A stretch of 64,000 bases of DNA from Octopus sinensis (lineage: Eukaryota). Below are positions 12,061 through 24,789 of this stretch, in pieces. Numbering within the stretch: the stretch's first letter is position 1; every line of letters starts with the position of its first letter. The position numbers and the translations under genes were made by a program. The notes under the pieces are model-generated. The model was not told where the DNA came from. It did not search any database and saw nothing but the letters and a program-made list of their open reading frames with translations. Where the stretch lies: NCBI RefSeq assembly GCF_006345805.1, contig NC_042997.1:190650001-190714000 (forward strand). The letters run 5' to 3'.

Positions 12061-12525
12061 GATGAGTGCAGCAAAAATTTTGATTGAGATGAATATGGTA
12101 CTTAAGTTGAGGCACCAGAATTCAGTACGGTATATCCATACAATTTCAAAGTAAGGTGATTAAAATGAAAATAAGCAACAAGGATATCCAGAGGTAATGC
12201 AGTACGATCGTTTCATACAACTCCATTTAATTGATAAATGCAATCCATTACGTCAATTTAAAATGGAGAGTAATCTTCAGCAGCACAAAGGCATAGAATT
12301 TAATTAAATATATATATATATGACTTGTTGAGAGTTTAATTTCGGAATAAAGCACTCAATACGTCAAATCTAGTAAAGAAATCAGACATCATATTAAGAG
12401 TGTCTTTAACCATTTACAAAATATTTGTCCCTCTCATTATTTTATTTAGATATGCTCAAAAGAAAAAAAAACCGTAGCAGAACCTATTTTTCTTACCACC
12501 TGTTTTGCTACAAACACTTAAATAT

Positions 12526-13191
12526 TTAATTACTCGGACAAGCAAGACGAACTTCTATAGACGAAATAGAAATATCAAGCAAATCTCCATTAAAATTCAC
12601 TCTATCGACATGAAACTGGAGGAACACATTAGATAATGTAGTTATAGATAACCAATGTACAAGAGAAAGACGAAATTCTCGTGGTTGGAATACCTTTGGT
12701 TTATTGGTTAATCCATTAGGATTGACCTGATTCAACACAACAATAATAACACCTCCAGGCTACTTATTACAACATATTGATTTCGGATTGAGGGAAGCAA
12801 AACCAGTATTTGAGAAAATTAATAATGGCAGGCTCCGGCAATAAATTCTTAATAAAATTTGTGAAGTCTCTTCCGGAGTGTTGCATGCCCCAAACTCCAG
12901 TATTTTGTTCGAAACGCCGAAATTCTTCTCTTCTCACTGAACGCTGCCAATGCACAAGTGTAGAAAAATGAAAGAGTTTCCTATATTAAGTTGGAAACTT
13001 CGGCGTCAAAGTCGCGTAGAGAGTCCTTCAGGATATTCGGAGAATGATTTTAATATGCCCACTGCCAAAAGAAAACGTTGTTTTATTGATTTGGGTGTTG
13101 GTAGAGATCGACCAAACCGAAAAGAGGAATTTACAACGTAATTGGCGCCACAGTGTGAGACAGTATTTTGACCAGCACTCCAATGATTCAA
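12526..13191 (-). pseudogene. Possible decayed coding sequence, unidentified
   Basis: ORFs 13006-13191 and 12526-12738 are in the same frame; ~220 codons with only 3 internal stops; no family recognised. Confidence 0.25.
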
Positions 13192-13661
13192 CTAATCATC
13201 AGTTTTATAACTAAAATTATAACAATTTGTAACAAATAGTCCATGATAAATTATTAGAGAACGAAACAATCGATCATATTTTTGTGAGGTTCTTTATCCT
13301 ATCCACTTGGAAAGGATGGAATATTTTGCAAGAAACCTAAAGGGTCAGTGCCCTTTTGGAGATGTGAGAGATTGCAGGTTGCACAAGGGACTATAGCAGC
13401 CCTCACATTTTGGATGATGCTTTTATAAAAACAGCATGTTTTGGTTAAAGTTGAATTGTTTGTAGAGACTGGTGATATTCTCCAAGCGTTTTAGATCGTA
13501 TGTTTTACTTCAGAACATAAAAGAACGCCATTGCATTTCGTTAAGCATTTTCCCCATAATGTAGTAACTCGGTCACCATTTTCAATAATTTTGAATAAAA
13601 TCTATATTTATGTTATCGCCATAATGCCTCAAACATGAAGGAAGCTAGTTGAATCATTCTC

Positions 13662-13742
<81 letters not shown>

Positions 13743-13751
13743 CAACACACG

Positions 13752-13797
<46 letters not shown>

Positions 13798-13804
13798 TAT
13801 AGTT

Positions 13805-13940
13805 AATCCAAACAAGAAAACACAAAACAAACACAACAACGCGAGGACGTGGAACAAATAAAGTATTATTGGACGCTCAGGAAAGAAAGAAGGGAAGAAG
13901 GAGGGTTTAGCGTTTCGAGCAGAGCTCTTTGTCAGAAACA
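13805..13940 (-). mobile_element. Penelope-like terminal-repeat fragment with degenerate hammerhead (13906-13938)
   Basis: ttt CTGACAA A GAGC tct GCTC GAAA CG CT aaa; homologous to 296-500. Confidence 0.55.
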
Positions 13941-13961
13941 AATGAAACTATCAACAACAAC

Positions 13962-14008
<47 letters not shown>

Positions 14009-15489
14009 CTTGATTGATAGTTTCATTTGCGAATAAAGCACTCAATAGTCAAATCTAGTAAAGAAGTTAGACATCATATTAAGCGTGTCATAATGCCATA
14101 ATGCCTCAAACATGACAGAAGCTTATAACTAGTTGAATCGTTCTCAGTTACTTAAATATTACATATTATACCGAAACAAAAAAGATCAAAAGCGTAATAA
14201 ACTCCAGCGTGGTTTCAACTCACAACGAGACTAAATGCTACAAAAAATTGTGCGACGCCCTACTTCCTTTACATTTTAACAGAAATAAAAGAACTATGAC
14301 CAGCAATGAACAGTTTAGCTATGTCCTGTTATGAGGTTCGGTTTCCTTCATGCCGTTTCTCTTTCATATTTCGCTGAGGTTAAATTTGCCTCTCAATACT
14401 ATTCAGGTTTCGTTAAATTGAGTCCGGGACATATATTGAATATACCCCTTGCTCCAATTCAGAGCTCTGTGAGAAAGAAAGAAATCATTCTTAGGAACTG
14501 TAAATGCATTCGCATTTTCTTAGTTATGGCTCTAGTTGTTTTCTTGTCCTAATAAACATTATTTTCTTTGCATTCCGAGTTCAAATCCCGCAGAGGTCAA
14601 CTTTGCCTTTCACTCCTCCGGGAACGATAAAATAATGCATCCATCAGAAACTGGCGTGGATGATATTGGTTACTTACGTCCATCAACATTTCATGCATGG
14701 TACCTAAATTAAAAACGTTGAACGCCGAGTTTGCAAAATCGTTAAAGCAGAGGGAAAAAAAATTGCTGAGGTGAACTTTGCTTTTCATCTTTTCGATGTT
14801 GATAAAATAAGTACCAGTCAAGTACTGGAATCGATGTAATCGACTAATCTTCTCCCTCCTAAGCACCCTTTTAAACATTTTCCCGTCTGTGTTCAAATTC
14901 CACCGAGGTCGACTTTGCCTTTCATGTTGGTGAAATATGTACCAGTTGAGAACTGGGGCCGATGTGATTGACTTTCACCCTCTCCCAAAATACGAGCCTT
15001 GTACCTAGACTAGTAACGATTATTATTACTATGTTCATCAGAAGACGCTCTTTGGATCGTTCACGAGTTTGTATATCAAGAACTGAAAATTATAAAGTTA
15101 TTGTCTTTTGAAGCTAACCAAAACTCAAAACCGCTGATTAGTTTCTTTGCTCTTCGTCTTTTTGGAACTCAAATTTCTTAGAAATATTTTCCAATTTTAC
15201 TTTTGAAAAATATTTTTACAAACATGGCTTCCACATTCAGCAAGCTGAAGGCTGTGGTATGAGATGACTCTGGAAGACAGGTGCAGTACGTACCACCAGT
15301 AACCAAAATAAATTCAAACGAAATGACAACAAAACACAAGAGGAAAATCAACAGACAAGCACACAAACCCAACTACAGCCAGAGCAGCACCCGCTAAATA
15401 CACAACTCCACCCACGACAACATCGAATTGCATCCACATCTAAGTTTATGTTAGAAATAAGAAAACATTGTAGAGATTTTGACCTACAT

Positions 15490-16290
15490 AACAGATCTTA
15501 AAGCCATAGAAATAGAGGGATGGACGTCGAAGGGGTAAGGAATTTGGGTAGGGCTCTGAGAAATTTTGATCAAACAAAAGTTTTCGATAGGGTTGACCAT
15601 CAGTAACTGGCGCTGTTCTGAAGGCTGCTGGTGTCAGTCTTCTTTTCAAACCTTAGATCGCAGCAATAAAAAGTAACATTACCTCGGGGTCACAGCAAAT
15701 ATCCATCTATTGAAACCGTTCAGTATCATATGTTCTGTTGTCAAGGCTGACTCATTTCCCCCATTCTGTATATGTTGGCACTAAAGATACTACTGCAGAA
15801 ACTGGAGGTTTCTAAGAGCCTCCCACGTTAATTAAGGTGGAACAGTTATGCCAGTATGTGCGGCGGACGACGTCACTCTAACAGTGCCGGACACCCAGCA
15901 CATCGAGGCGATTGGTACTGCTGCGGGGAGGTACGAAGCGGTGACAAAGGCAAAAATTAATAAGGAAGAATGGATTAGCGTATATCTCAGAACATGGAGA
16001 AATATATCCATGCAATCCAACAGTCTTATGGGTCGCTTGCTGATGGAAGGGTTAAATTGCAGAGTGTTTGACTGATTGAAACCTCTAGTAGGATAAAAGC
16101 TGGGTCGAGACCACTAAGCGAATGGTTAGTTTTATCCAGAAAATTGCCCGAGAGGAAAACCATCCTCTAAGCGCTGGAATGACGGTTGTGAACCCCCATA
16201 TCACATCCGTCATATACTACCGGTTTAGCATCGTACTTTGCACTACCTTATGGCTGATCTTAGCAAGTGCTAAGATTACATGTAAGGTAG
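15490..16290 (+). pseudogene. Decayed Tx1/L1-type LINE reverse transcriptase
   Basis: DQTKVFDRVDHQ, QG..SPILYMLAL.ILLQKLE, VCAADDVTLTV (YADD-like), YEAVTKAKINKEE; multiple frameshifts and stops. Confidence 0.8.
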
Positions 16291-17187
16291 TTGTGTGTAT
16301 CAACGATATGCAGTGAACGATCAGTAGCAACCAAGCGTAATTGGTTTGGCCTTCGTAAATCCATACACAATAAGAACGAGAATAAAATTTAAAGTTCAAA
16401 AATAGCCATTAGAAATTGAACATCTTGAATTTTCCTCTAAGTACATAAAATCATCACATGCGATGTTGAAGGCAAAAATAGTTAAACGCTCTCCTACAAC
16501 TTATTTTGATAACTACTTTTTAAATGAAATTTATTTGGTGCAAATCAATAATAAACAGAAAGTGAGTGCGGTTTTTCATCAACTTTTACAAGACATCAAT
16601 GTATCTCAAAATTAATGCAACACATGAACAGAACTTGAGAGTAAACAGTTTCATTCACAAAAGTACATTTTATCATTACGACTGATTTTTTTTAGCAACG
16701 TTTGCCGCCAATTAACCACATTAAATCTTCTCTTGGCTTCGATTTGAACTTCCATTTATTCATTTTTTTTTCTTTCTGTATTAATACTTCATTCATTTTA
16801 CTTTCTTATTATAGGTTTTCCCTAGTTTGACATTTGTAAACGACAACAACAACAACATAAGCACTAGAATGCAACTTGCATGGTTTATGTTCTTGATTTA
16901 TGCATTAACATCGCAAATTAACATCTACTGCTTTTAAAAAAATCAAAAAAAATCGCCATGTTTCATTTTATGTAAGAAAGTATTTCAATGTTGATACTGG
17001 TGATGATGGCAGTGGGGAAGAAAGAATCAATTATTGTTTCACTGTTTATCGAAGTTTGTGACTGAACATCCATAGTAATTACATATCATAAGCTGTTTTT
17101 ATTTTCTAAAGAATGGTGTTTATAAGTCTGTGTGTCTATATCTATCTTTATATCTATATGTATCTATTATCTATCTATCTATCTATC

Positions 17188-17221
<34 letters not shown>

Positions 17222-17259
17222 ATATTATATATAAATACATATATATACCTACACACAGA

Positions 17260-17330
<71 letters not shown>

Positions 17331-17827
17331 ATAAGATATATATATATATATATATACATACGCATATATATATATATATGCATACAAGTTTGTATATATG
17401 TATGTCTGTGCATATGCGTGTATGTATGCATGTGGACGCATATGTTGTTGTTATTGTTGTTGTTTTGTGTGTGAGTGTTTGTGTGTGTGTGCGCGCGTTT
17501 GTGCATATATATATAATATAGCACACACGTGCGTGTGCGTTTCTCTTCCTATTTTACATAATTGTAAAACTACTGATTGCTACACTGTTAGGTAAAACAT
17601 ATGTTTGATTGTCTAATAGGGCGTTGAAAATCCTCCCCTCCCCGATGTTTAAGTGGCAGACAACGCGCCAAACGCTTTAAGAGTACTTCCTGGCCCAGGC
17701 TGCCTTTAATGAAGTTCACCCTTTTGCAAACATTCTCTTAGCTGAAGGTTTTCTTGAACTCCCTCACGCTGCACCAACAATTTCTTCTCCCCCCCCCCCC
17801 CGTGTTACAAAAGTAATACTATACCCG

Positions 17828-18052
17828 CTAGTACTTATTCTATCGATCTTTTTTGCCGAACTGTTACGGGGACGTAAATACACCAACAAAGGTTGTCAAG
17901 CGATGGTGGTGGTGGGGGAAACACAAAAACACAGACACACAAATACATACGTACACGCACATATATATATACATACGACGGGCTTCTTTCAGTTTCCATC
18001 TATCAAATCCACTCAGAAGGCTTTGGTCAGCCCGAGACTATAGTAGAAGACA
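17828..18052 (-). mobile_element. SINE family B, partial
   Basis: Internal segment homologous to other B copies. Confidence 0.8.
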
Positions 18053-18054
18053 GT

Positions 18055-18790
18055 AGCCTAAGTTCTCCACTGTCCAACTTCAATCCAACATAGACCCTCA
18101 TATATTGCCTCTTACTACATGCAAACCACATTATCCGCACATTATTCCTCTCCCAAGCACAAGTCTCTCAATCTTTATATCAATATTCTATTTCTCCTGC
18201 TCAAGCTGCGCTTTTACTTAAAGTCACTCGGAAGGATGATAAAGATTCCACTTATGTCTACTATTCACCTTTCTAACCTGGATATCAGCACTAAAAATTA
18301 CAGTTACTCTGCCTCAAAATATCCTTCCTCCACTGATCTAATTATATTTTTCTTCGTCTCCTGCTAAGCGATTTCTTCCAGCCCCAATACCGCTTTGACC
18401 ATATCACTGTCTTTATTGATGTATACCATGACTTTCCCTCATTTATCCCATACAAATGCCACATTCCAAACGCGCCTAATCTCTTCCTCCTCCTCCAATC
18501 CGTACCTCTAAGAAACCATCCACATCTCCACACTTTCGTGACTACCCATCCACCACACTTCCACATATTGCAGGGCTATCCGCCCACCACTCAAGTCCTT
18601 TGGTTCTTCAAGTCAGCTGACTGAACTGAGCTTCTTCAGTTCTGTTCTAAATATCCCTACCAACACACCGGCCAATGACTGAAGCTTTCCCCTCCACATT
18701 GCACACATAACAAAACCCACAGGCCCAAGTCCTCCATATGGTTCAGTTGTATCTGAGTTGTAGTAATTAAAGCAAATCATATGGTCTACA
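18055..18790 (-). pseudogene. Possible decayed LINE ORF1 (SGNH esterase-like) fragment
   Basis: Minus frame with stops: IVDISGIFIILPSDFK*KRSLSRRNRILI*RLRDLCLGEE; resemblance judged by eye only. Confidence 0.35.
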
Positions 18791-18810
18791 TGGTTTGGGA
18801 AAGAGTCTAC

Positions 18811-19240
18811 ATAAGCGCAAGAGTGGCTGTGTGGTAAGAAACTTGCTTCCCAAAGACATGGTTCCATGTTCAGTCCCACTGCGTAGCACCTTGGGCTACT
18901 GTCTTCTACTATAGTCTCGGGCCAACCAAAGCCTTGTGAGTGGATTTGGTAGATGGAAACTGAAAGAAGCCTGTCGTATGTATATATATATGTGTTTGTG
19001 TGTGTCTGTGCTTTTGTGTTTCCCCCACCACCACCACCACCACTATCGTTTGATTAACCTTTGTTGGTGTATTTACGTCCCCTGTAACGGTTCGGCAAAA
19101 AAAATTGATAGAATAAGTACTAGGCTTGGCTTACAAAGAATAAGTCCTGGGGTCGATATGTTCGACTAAAGGCAGTGCTCCAGCATGGCCGCAGTCAAAT
19201 GACTGAAACAAGCAAAAGAAGAATAAAAGAATAAAAGAAT
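18811..19240 (+). mobile_element. SINE family B
   Basis: Head gagtggctgtgtggtaag to aaaagaat tail. Confidence 0.9.
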
Positions 19241-20034
19241 CCTTAGAAACTCTGCGGCTCTAAACCAGCTTTGCAATTTCATCATCAGAAATGTATCGGA
19301 TGCATGGTGTATTAAACTACCCGAAAGCCCTTGCACCACCACATTGTTGCCGATACATTTGGTCTCTTTCTTATAAATAGATTTCTACCAACTTTACAGT
19401 ATCCTCCTTTCCCCCATTTCTCAAAAATATGAAGTTCTATAGGCAGTGCTCACATGGAAAAACCCCCCATATTTACTACGCGCTTGTAAATCTTCTCCCG
19501 AACAGTTCCTTTTCATTCTGCCATGCTCACCCTCACATACACACAGACGCTAACTTCGAAAGCTCCTTCAGTCGCTTCATATTTTAAAAATACTGCAGGC
19601 CCTGACAATGAAACATAAATCATAGAGAAACATTAAAATGCCTACTGTCAAATAAGTCAGCGTCGAATCAATAATGCCAAATAAGCAGCGCCGAAATGGT
19701 TCGGACAAAACATCTCACTGCCCTTGTTTTCTTTTTATAATGGGTCTCTATTGTTAATGTTTTAGGATGACATGCTGCTCTTAGACTGAAATTAATCTAA
19801 AAATACAAATAGAAGCAGTCTAGCAAGAAACTAAAATAATGCTGTGTCAAAAATCAAGTCAACAGCTTTCAAAGGTCAGGGAAAAAAGAACATATTGCTC
19901 AGGTTTTCTACTTAATGAAAAAGTAAATAAAACAACACCCCCTCCCCTAAAGATAATATTTAATTCTGTTCAGAATCATAGCTCCGTCCACTCCTCCAAA
20001 CGTATATGGGGATTTATGGATATGTATCCCTGTC

Positions 20035-20039
20035 TGTAC

Positions 20040-20119
<80 letters not shown>

Positions 20120-20300
20120 ATATATATTTATACATATATATATATACTATATATATATATACATATATATATATGTACTATATATATAACATTATATAAT
20201 TATAAATGTTTCTATATATGTATAATACAAAATATATATATATATTATTTTTATATATTATTATATATATATATTATATATATATATATATTTTATCATA

Positions 20301-20338
<38 letters not shown>

Positions 20339-20420
20339 GTATATATAACTATACCCATGTTTGTATATATATCATATATATATATATATATATATGGATG
20401 TATGTATGTTTCGTATATAT
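20035..20420. repeat. (TA)n/(TG)n microsatellite block
   Basis: Direct inspection. Confidence 0.95.
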
Positions 20421-20667
20421 GTCCATCTGTTAGTCTGCATGTCAGAAACCTTCTCATTCGATATAACTTTCTCTCCCTCTTCTCTCTGCCCCATTCCTAA
20501 TGCAACCTGCTTTTGCTCTCTCTTCTACTTTTTTTTATTTTCTTTCTATATTACCAGTACTTCTCCAATTCATTACATTTCCTATTCCTTAGTCATGTCT
20601 CACTCAGTTGCAACTCCTTTCTCTTGTTCTCTTGTAACTTCCCCCCCTCTCTCGCTCTTCTTCCGTC

Positions 20668-20705
<38 letters not shown>

Positions 20706-21278
20706 TCTTTCTCTAACGCTTATTGAGTCAGAAACACGTGTCTGCACCTACCTTTTGCCTCTGTCTTTGTTTTGTTTTTATTTAATGCCTTTTCAATTTT
20801 AAAGAATTCATAATTTTTTGATTATCTCCCTTCCTCATTTGGAGTCGTCATCAATTCATTGATCTACAATCCCATAAAACGAAAACAATTTCAATAAATC
20901 AGTAACACATATTGTATTGTGTGTAACATATTCTCATTTCGCTTTAAATTTCAAATGCATACTACAGGCCACTTTGAGTTATTTCCTTCGTTCATGTTCT
21001 GTTCGATTGTACCCAGAATACATACGCATATGCATAAACATACGTTTGTGTGTCATATATATATATATATATATATTTTCCTTTTTGGATTCTTTATGTG
21101 AGTTTGTGTGTTAAGCATATTTTTTGTGTCTGGGGAGAGTCATTCTGTCTTAGTGCCTTATTATTTAACACACTCGTGTTAAATAATAAGCTTGCTAAAA
21201 TGAGACTGACTCTCTCCATACACAACAGTATATTAATACATACATACATACATTACATAATATTCTATATAATATTAT

Positions 21279-21313
<35 letters not shown>

Positions 21314-21323
21314 ATAATATATA

Positions 21324-21365
<42 letters not shown>

Positions 21366-21455
21366 AATATATATTATATATATATATATATTATATATAT
21401 ATAATATATTATATATAGATTATATATATATAAATTATATATATATATATATATG

Positions 21456-21494
<39 letters not shown>

Positions 21495-21958
21495 TATATA
21501 TATAGTTTGAATTTACAGAAAACAAAAGGCGAAGACAACGTGTATAAACAACAACCAGGTGTATTAGTTTGACGCTCGGGAAGGTGAAAAAGTCATTTAT
21601 GTTTCTTCAGCAGAAAGGAACATATATATATCAATAGTTATTGCCAAGCTAACATGGAAGTCCAGGTAAATAGGACGAATGCTGCCGTTGATTTGCTCGA
21701 ACAGGCCATCTCCTCTATCTAGCTACGAACCTGTGTCACACAGCTAGCTAAGCATTCGTCCTATTTTCCTGGACTGCCATGTTTGGCGATAACTATTAAT
21801 ATCCAGTACTACTGCCACAGTGTCCTTTAGAGAGACTTAGAAATATTAATATTTATATATATATATATATATATATATAATTGCAGCGTGGAAAGTGTTT
21901 ATAAGCCATTTAAGAAACACACAAAAGCCGTTCGATTCACTTCAACATTTAAGTTTAA

Positions 21959-22008
21959 TTTGTCAAAATATTTTCGTCGCTAAAATCCGCGACCTGTTCA
22001 CTGACAAA
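21959..22008 (-). ncRNA. Minimal type I hammerhead with G3:C8 swapped core
   Basis: tttgtca GTGAACA g gtcgc ggatttta gcgac GAAA atat TT^ tgacaaa: 7-bp stem I, 5-bp stem II, palindromic AATATT stem III. Confidence 0.7.
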
Positions 22009-22572
22009 AATCCGTGCTGCATCTGAGAAAGTAACAGTTAGTTCGTCATATATATGTACGTATGTATGTGGTATGTATGCATACACATATGTACATGTAT
22101 GTGTGTATGTATGTAGTATGCATGTACGTACATACGCCTGTGTATGCATGTATGTATTATGTATGTAATGTATGTGTGTGTATATGAACGCACATACACA
22201 CTATAACATAAACTATAAACCCTGTAGTGATGGATAGATGTAGAGTGACCACTCATCACAATAGTATCAAATTTCAACTTCCCCCGCCGAAGCCTGGAAG
22301 TGATTTACGACCCTCCACTCCTAAAACTATACCCTAAAAGTGAGGGTCGTAAATCACTTCCAGGCTTCGGCGGGGGAAGTTGAAATTTGATATGATTGTG
22401 ATGAGTGGTCACTCTACATCTATCCATCACTACAGGTTTATAGCTTTATGTTTATAGTGTGTATGTGCGTGCATATACACACACATACATATAATACATA
22501 CATACATACATACATGCATACACAGGCGTATGTACGTACATGCATACATACATACATACATACATACATACA

Positions 22573-22604
<32 letters not shown>

Positions 22605-22702
22605 CACATACATGCATACATATGTATATGCGCACATACACACATACATACGTACATATATATGACGAACTAGCTGTTACTTTCTCAGATGCAGCACGGA
22701 TT

Positions 22703-22753
22703 TTTGTCAGTGAACAGGGTCGCGGATTTTAGCGACGAAAATATTTTGACAAA
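22703..22753 (+). ncRNA. Minimal type I hammerhead with G3:C8 swapped core (second copy)
   Basis: Same fold as 21959-22008 with one extra G before stem II. Confidence 0.65.
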
Positions 22754-22911
22754 TTAAACTTAAATGTTGAAGTGAATCGAACGGCTTTTGTGTGTTTCTT
22801 AAATGGCTTATAAACACCTTCCACGCTGCAATTGTTTTCGTTTCAGCACACGACCTCAGATCAAATTACTTGCTATGCGAGTACATCTCCGTAATATATA
22901 TAATTATATAT

Positions 22912-22960
<49 letters not shown>

Positions 22961-23127
22961 AATTAGGGAATAAATCCAAATTTACAGGGAAAAAATCAGA
23001 TTTAGGATTAAATCCAATTTTATAGTAAAATATATTAATATTATTAGAGACAAAACCACTATTTTGCAAACAAACAAGGAAAGACTTAATCAATACATAA
23101 AATTTTAATAAAAAGTCAAAAAAACCG

Positions 23128-23168
23128 CCACTACAATTGTTTTGTCTTGATCGACAATCTTCAGGTGG
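23128..23168 (-). ncRNA. Hammerhead copy with 2-nt deletion at the GAAA junction
   Basis: ccac CTGAAGA ttgtc gatcaa gacaaaac aatt gta gtgg. Confidence 0.5.
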
Positions 23169-24577
23169 ACTTCCAATCTAAAATATCAATATTTTAAAAT
23201 ATAAAATAATAAAATATAAAAGAATCCATTCATAATTTTTTTAAATAATGTTGGTTTACCGCGTGTATATAATTTTTAATTCCATTTATTCTATTTCTCC
23301 ATTCATAATTTTAAGTGAGGTTTGCTTCCATAGCGCGTATTCTTTTTATACATAAGTTATGTTCCTATGGTAACGTAATTTGGTTTGATGTTTTTAACGG
23401 ATTAGAATTTAATTTCACTTCATAATTTGAAACTGACTTGAAAGTATGTATATTATTCTCCTTATGTCATATTGTTATTTTTGATATTCTGGTTACTTAC
23501 GATGTATTTTATATATCGTATTATGTGTAATAATGTTGTTTTTCTTTGGAGTGTTTATGTATGTGGGATTGTGTGTGAGTGTGTGCGTATTTTGGTTGTG
23601 TAGTTTGTTTATCTGTATGAATGTGGGTGTGTTAATATTGTTGTATATATCGAGTTTGGTGAGTATGTATATGTATATGGTGTGTGTTTTACGTATGTAT
23701 ATTTGTGTGTGTGAATGTGTATGGTTTGCTATTTAGGTTTGGGGATGTATGTGTTTATTTGTCTGTGTGGGTTGAGTGGGTGGGTTTTGGAGTATATGTT
23801 GAGGTTATATGTACGTATAGGTATGTGTAAGTGGGGTGGGTATTTGTATATGTCGTGGGTGTGTGGTTTACGGTGTGTGTATTTGTGTGTGAATGTTTAG
23901 GTTAGGGGGATTGCTATATAGTATGTTATAGAGTTTAGTAAAGGGAGATTTTATCATTATATGTTTTATGAGTTTGGTTATCATGGTAGTTTTGTTAGGG
24001 AATTCGTAGTAATTTGTGTCTATTTGCGATGTTTCTGTTGTTTTATTGCATTATTTCATTCATAATTTTTAAGTAGTGTTCGTTTTACCAAGTGAATATA
24101 ATTTTTAATTCCATTTATTCCATTTCTCCGTTCATAATTTTAAGTGATGTCCGTTTCTAGAGCGGGAATGTGGGTTGTATGTGTGTGTGAGGGAGTATGA
24201 ATAAGTATTGTGTTGAAGTATTTAGCTATTTTATTTATTTATCGTTGCTAGAGTTTTTATGTGTATGTATAGGGATATATATATAGTGTGTGATTTAGTG
24301 TATGTATTTAGATATGGTTATATATAATTAGTTATATGTGTATGGTTGTATATATAGTTTTTTGTTTTTTTTTATTTTATATTTTATATTTTATATTTTA
24401 TATTTATATAATTGTTGATAGGGTTATTTTAGTTTATATATTGTTTATATATTGATTATATATGGATTATATATAGGTTATAAATAGATTATATATTTAT
24501 ATTTTTTCACTAATACTTTAATTATTTTAAAATTATTATTTTTATATTTTAAAATATTGATATTTTAGATTGGAAGT

Positions 24578-24620
24578 CCACCTGAAGATTGTCGATCAAG
24601 ACAAGAAACAATTGTAGTGG
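24578..24620 (+). ncRNA. Minimal type I hammerhead ribozyme, intact core
   Basis: ccac CTGAAGA ttgtc gatcaa gacaa GAAA c aatt g TA^ gtgg. Confidence 0.85.
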
Positions 24621-24710
24621 CGGTTTTTGTTGACTTTTTATAAAAATTTTATGTATTGATTAAGTCTTTCCTTGTTGTTTTGCAAAATAGTGGTTTGTCT
24701 CTATAATATT

Positions 24711-24789
<79 letters not shown>

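Larger units (their letters stand above)
21879..22894. mobile_element. ~950-bp head-to-head inverted duplication (centre ~22325) of a hammerhead-bearing repeat
   Basis: 21879-~22315 is the reverse complement of ~22335-22833; the right arm continues to catctccgtaa. Confidence 0.8.
22960..24715. mobile_element. Penelope-like terminal repeats in head-to-head orientation around a G/T-rich spacer
   Basis: ~23030-23215 is the reverse complement of ~24530-24715; both carry the hammerhead motif. Confidence 0.7.
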
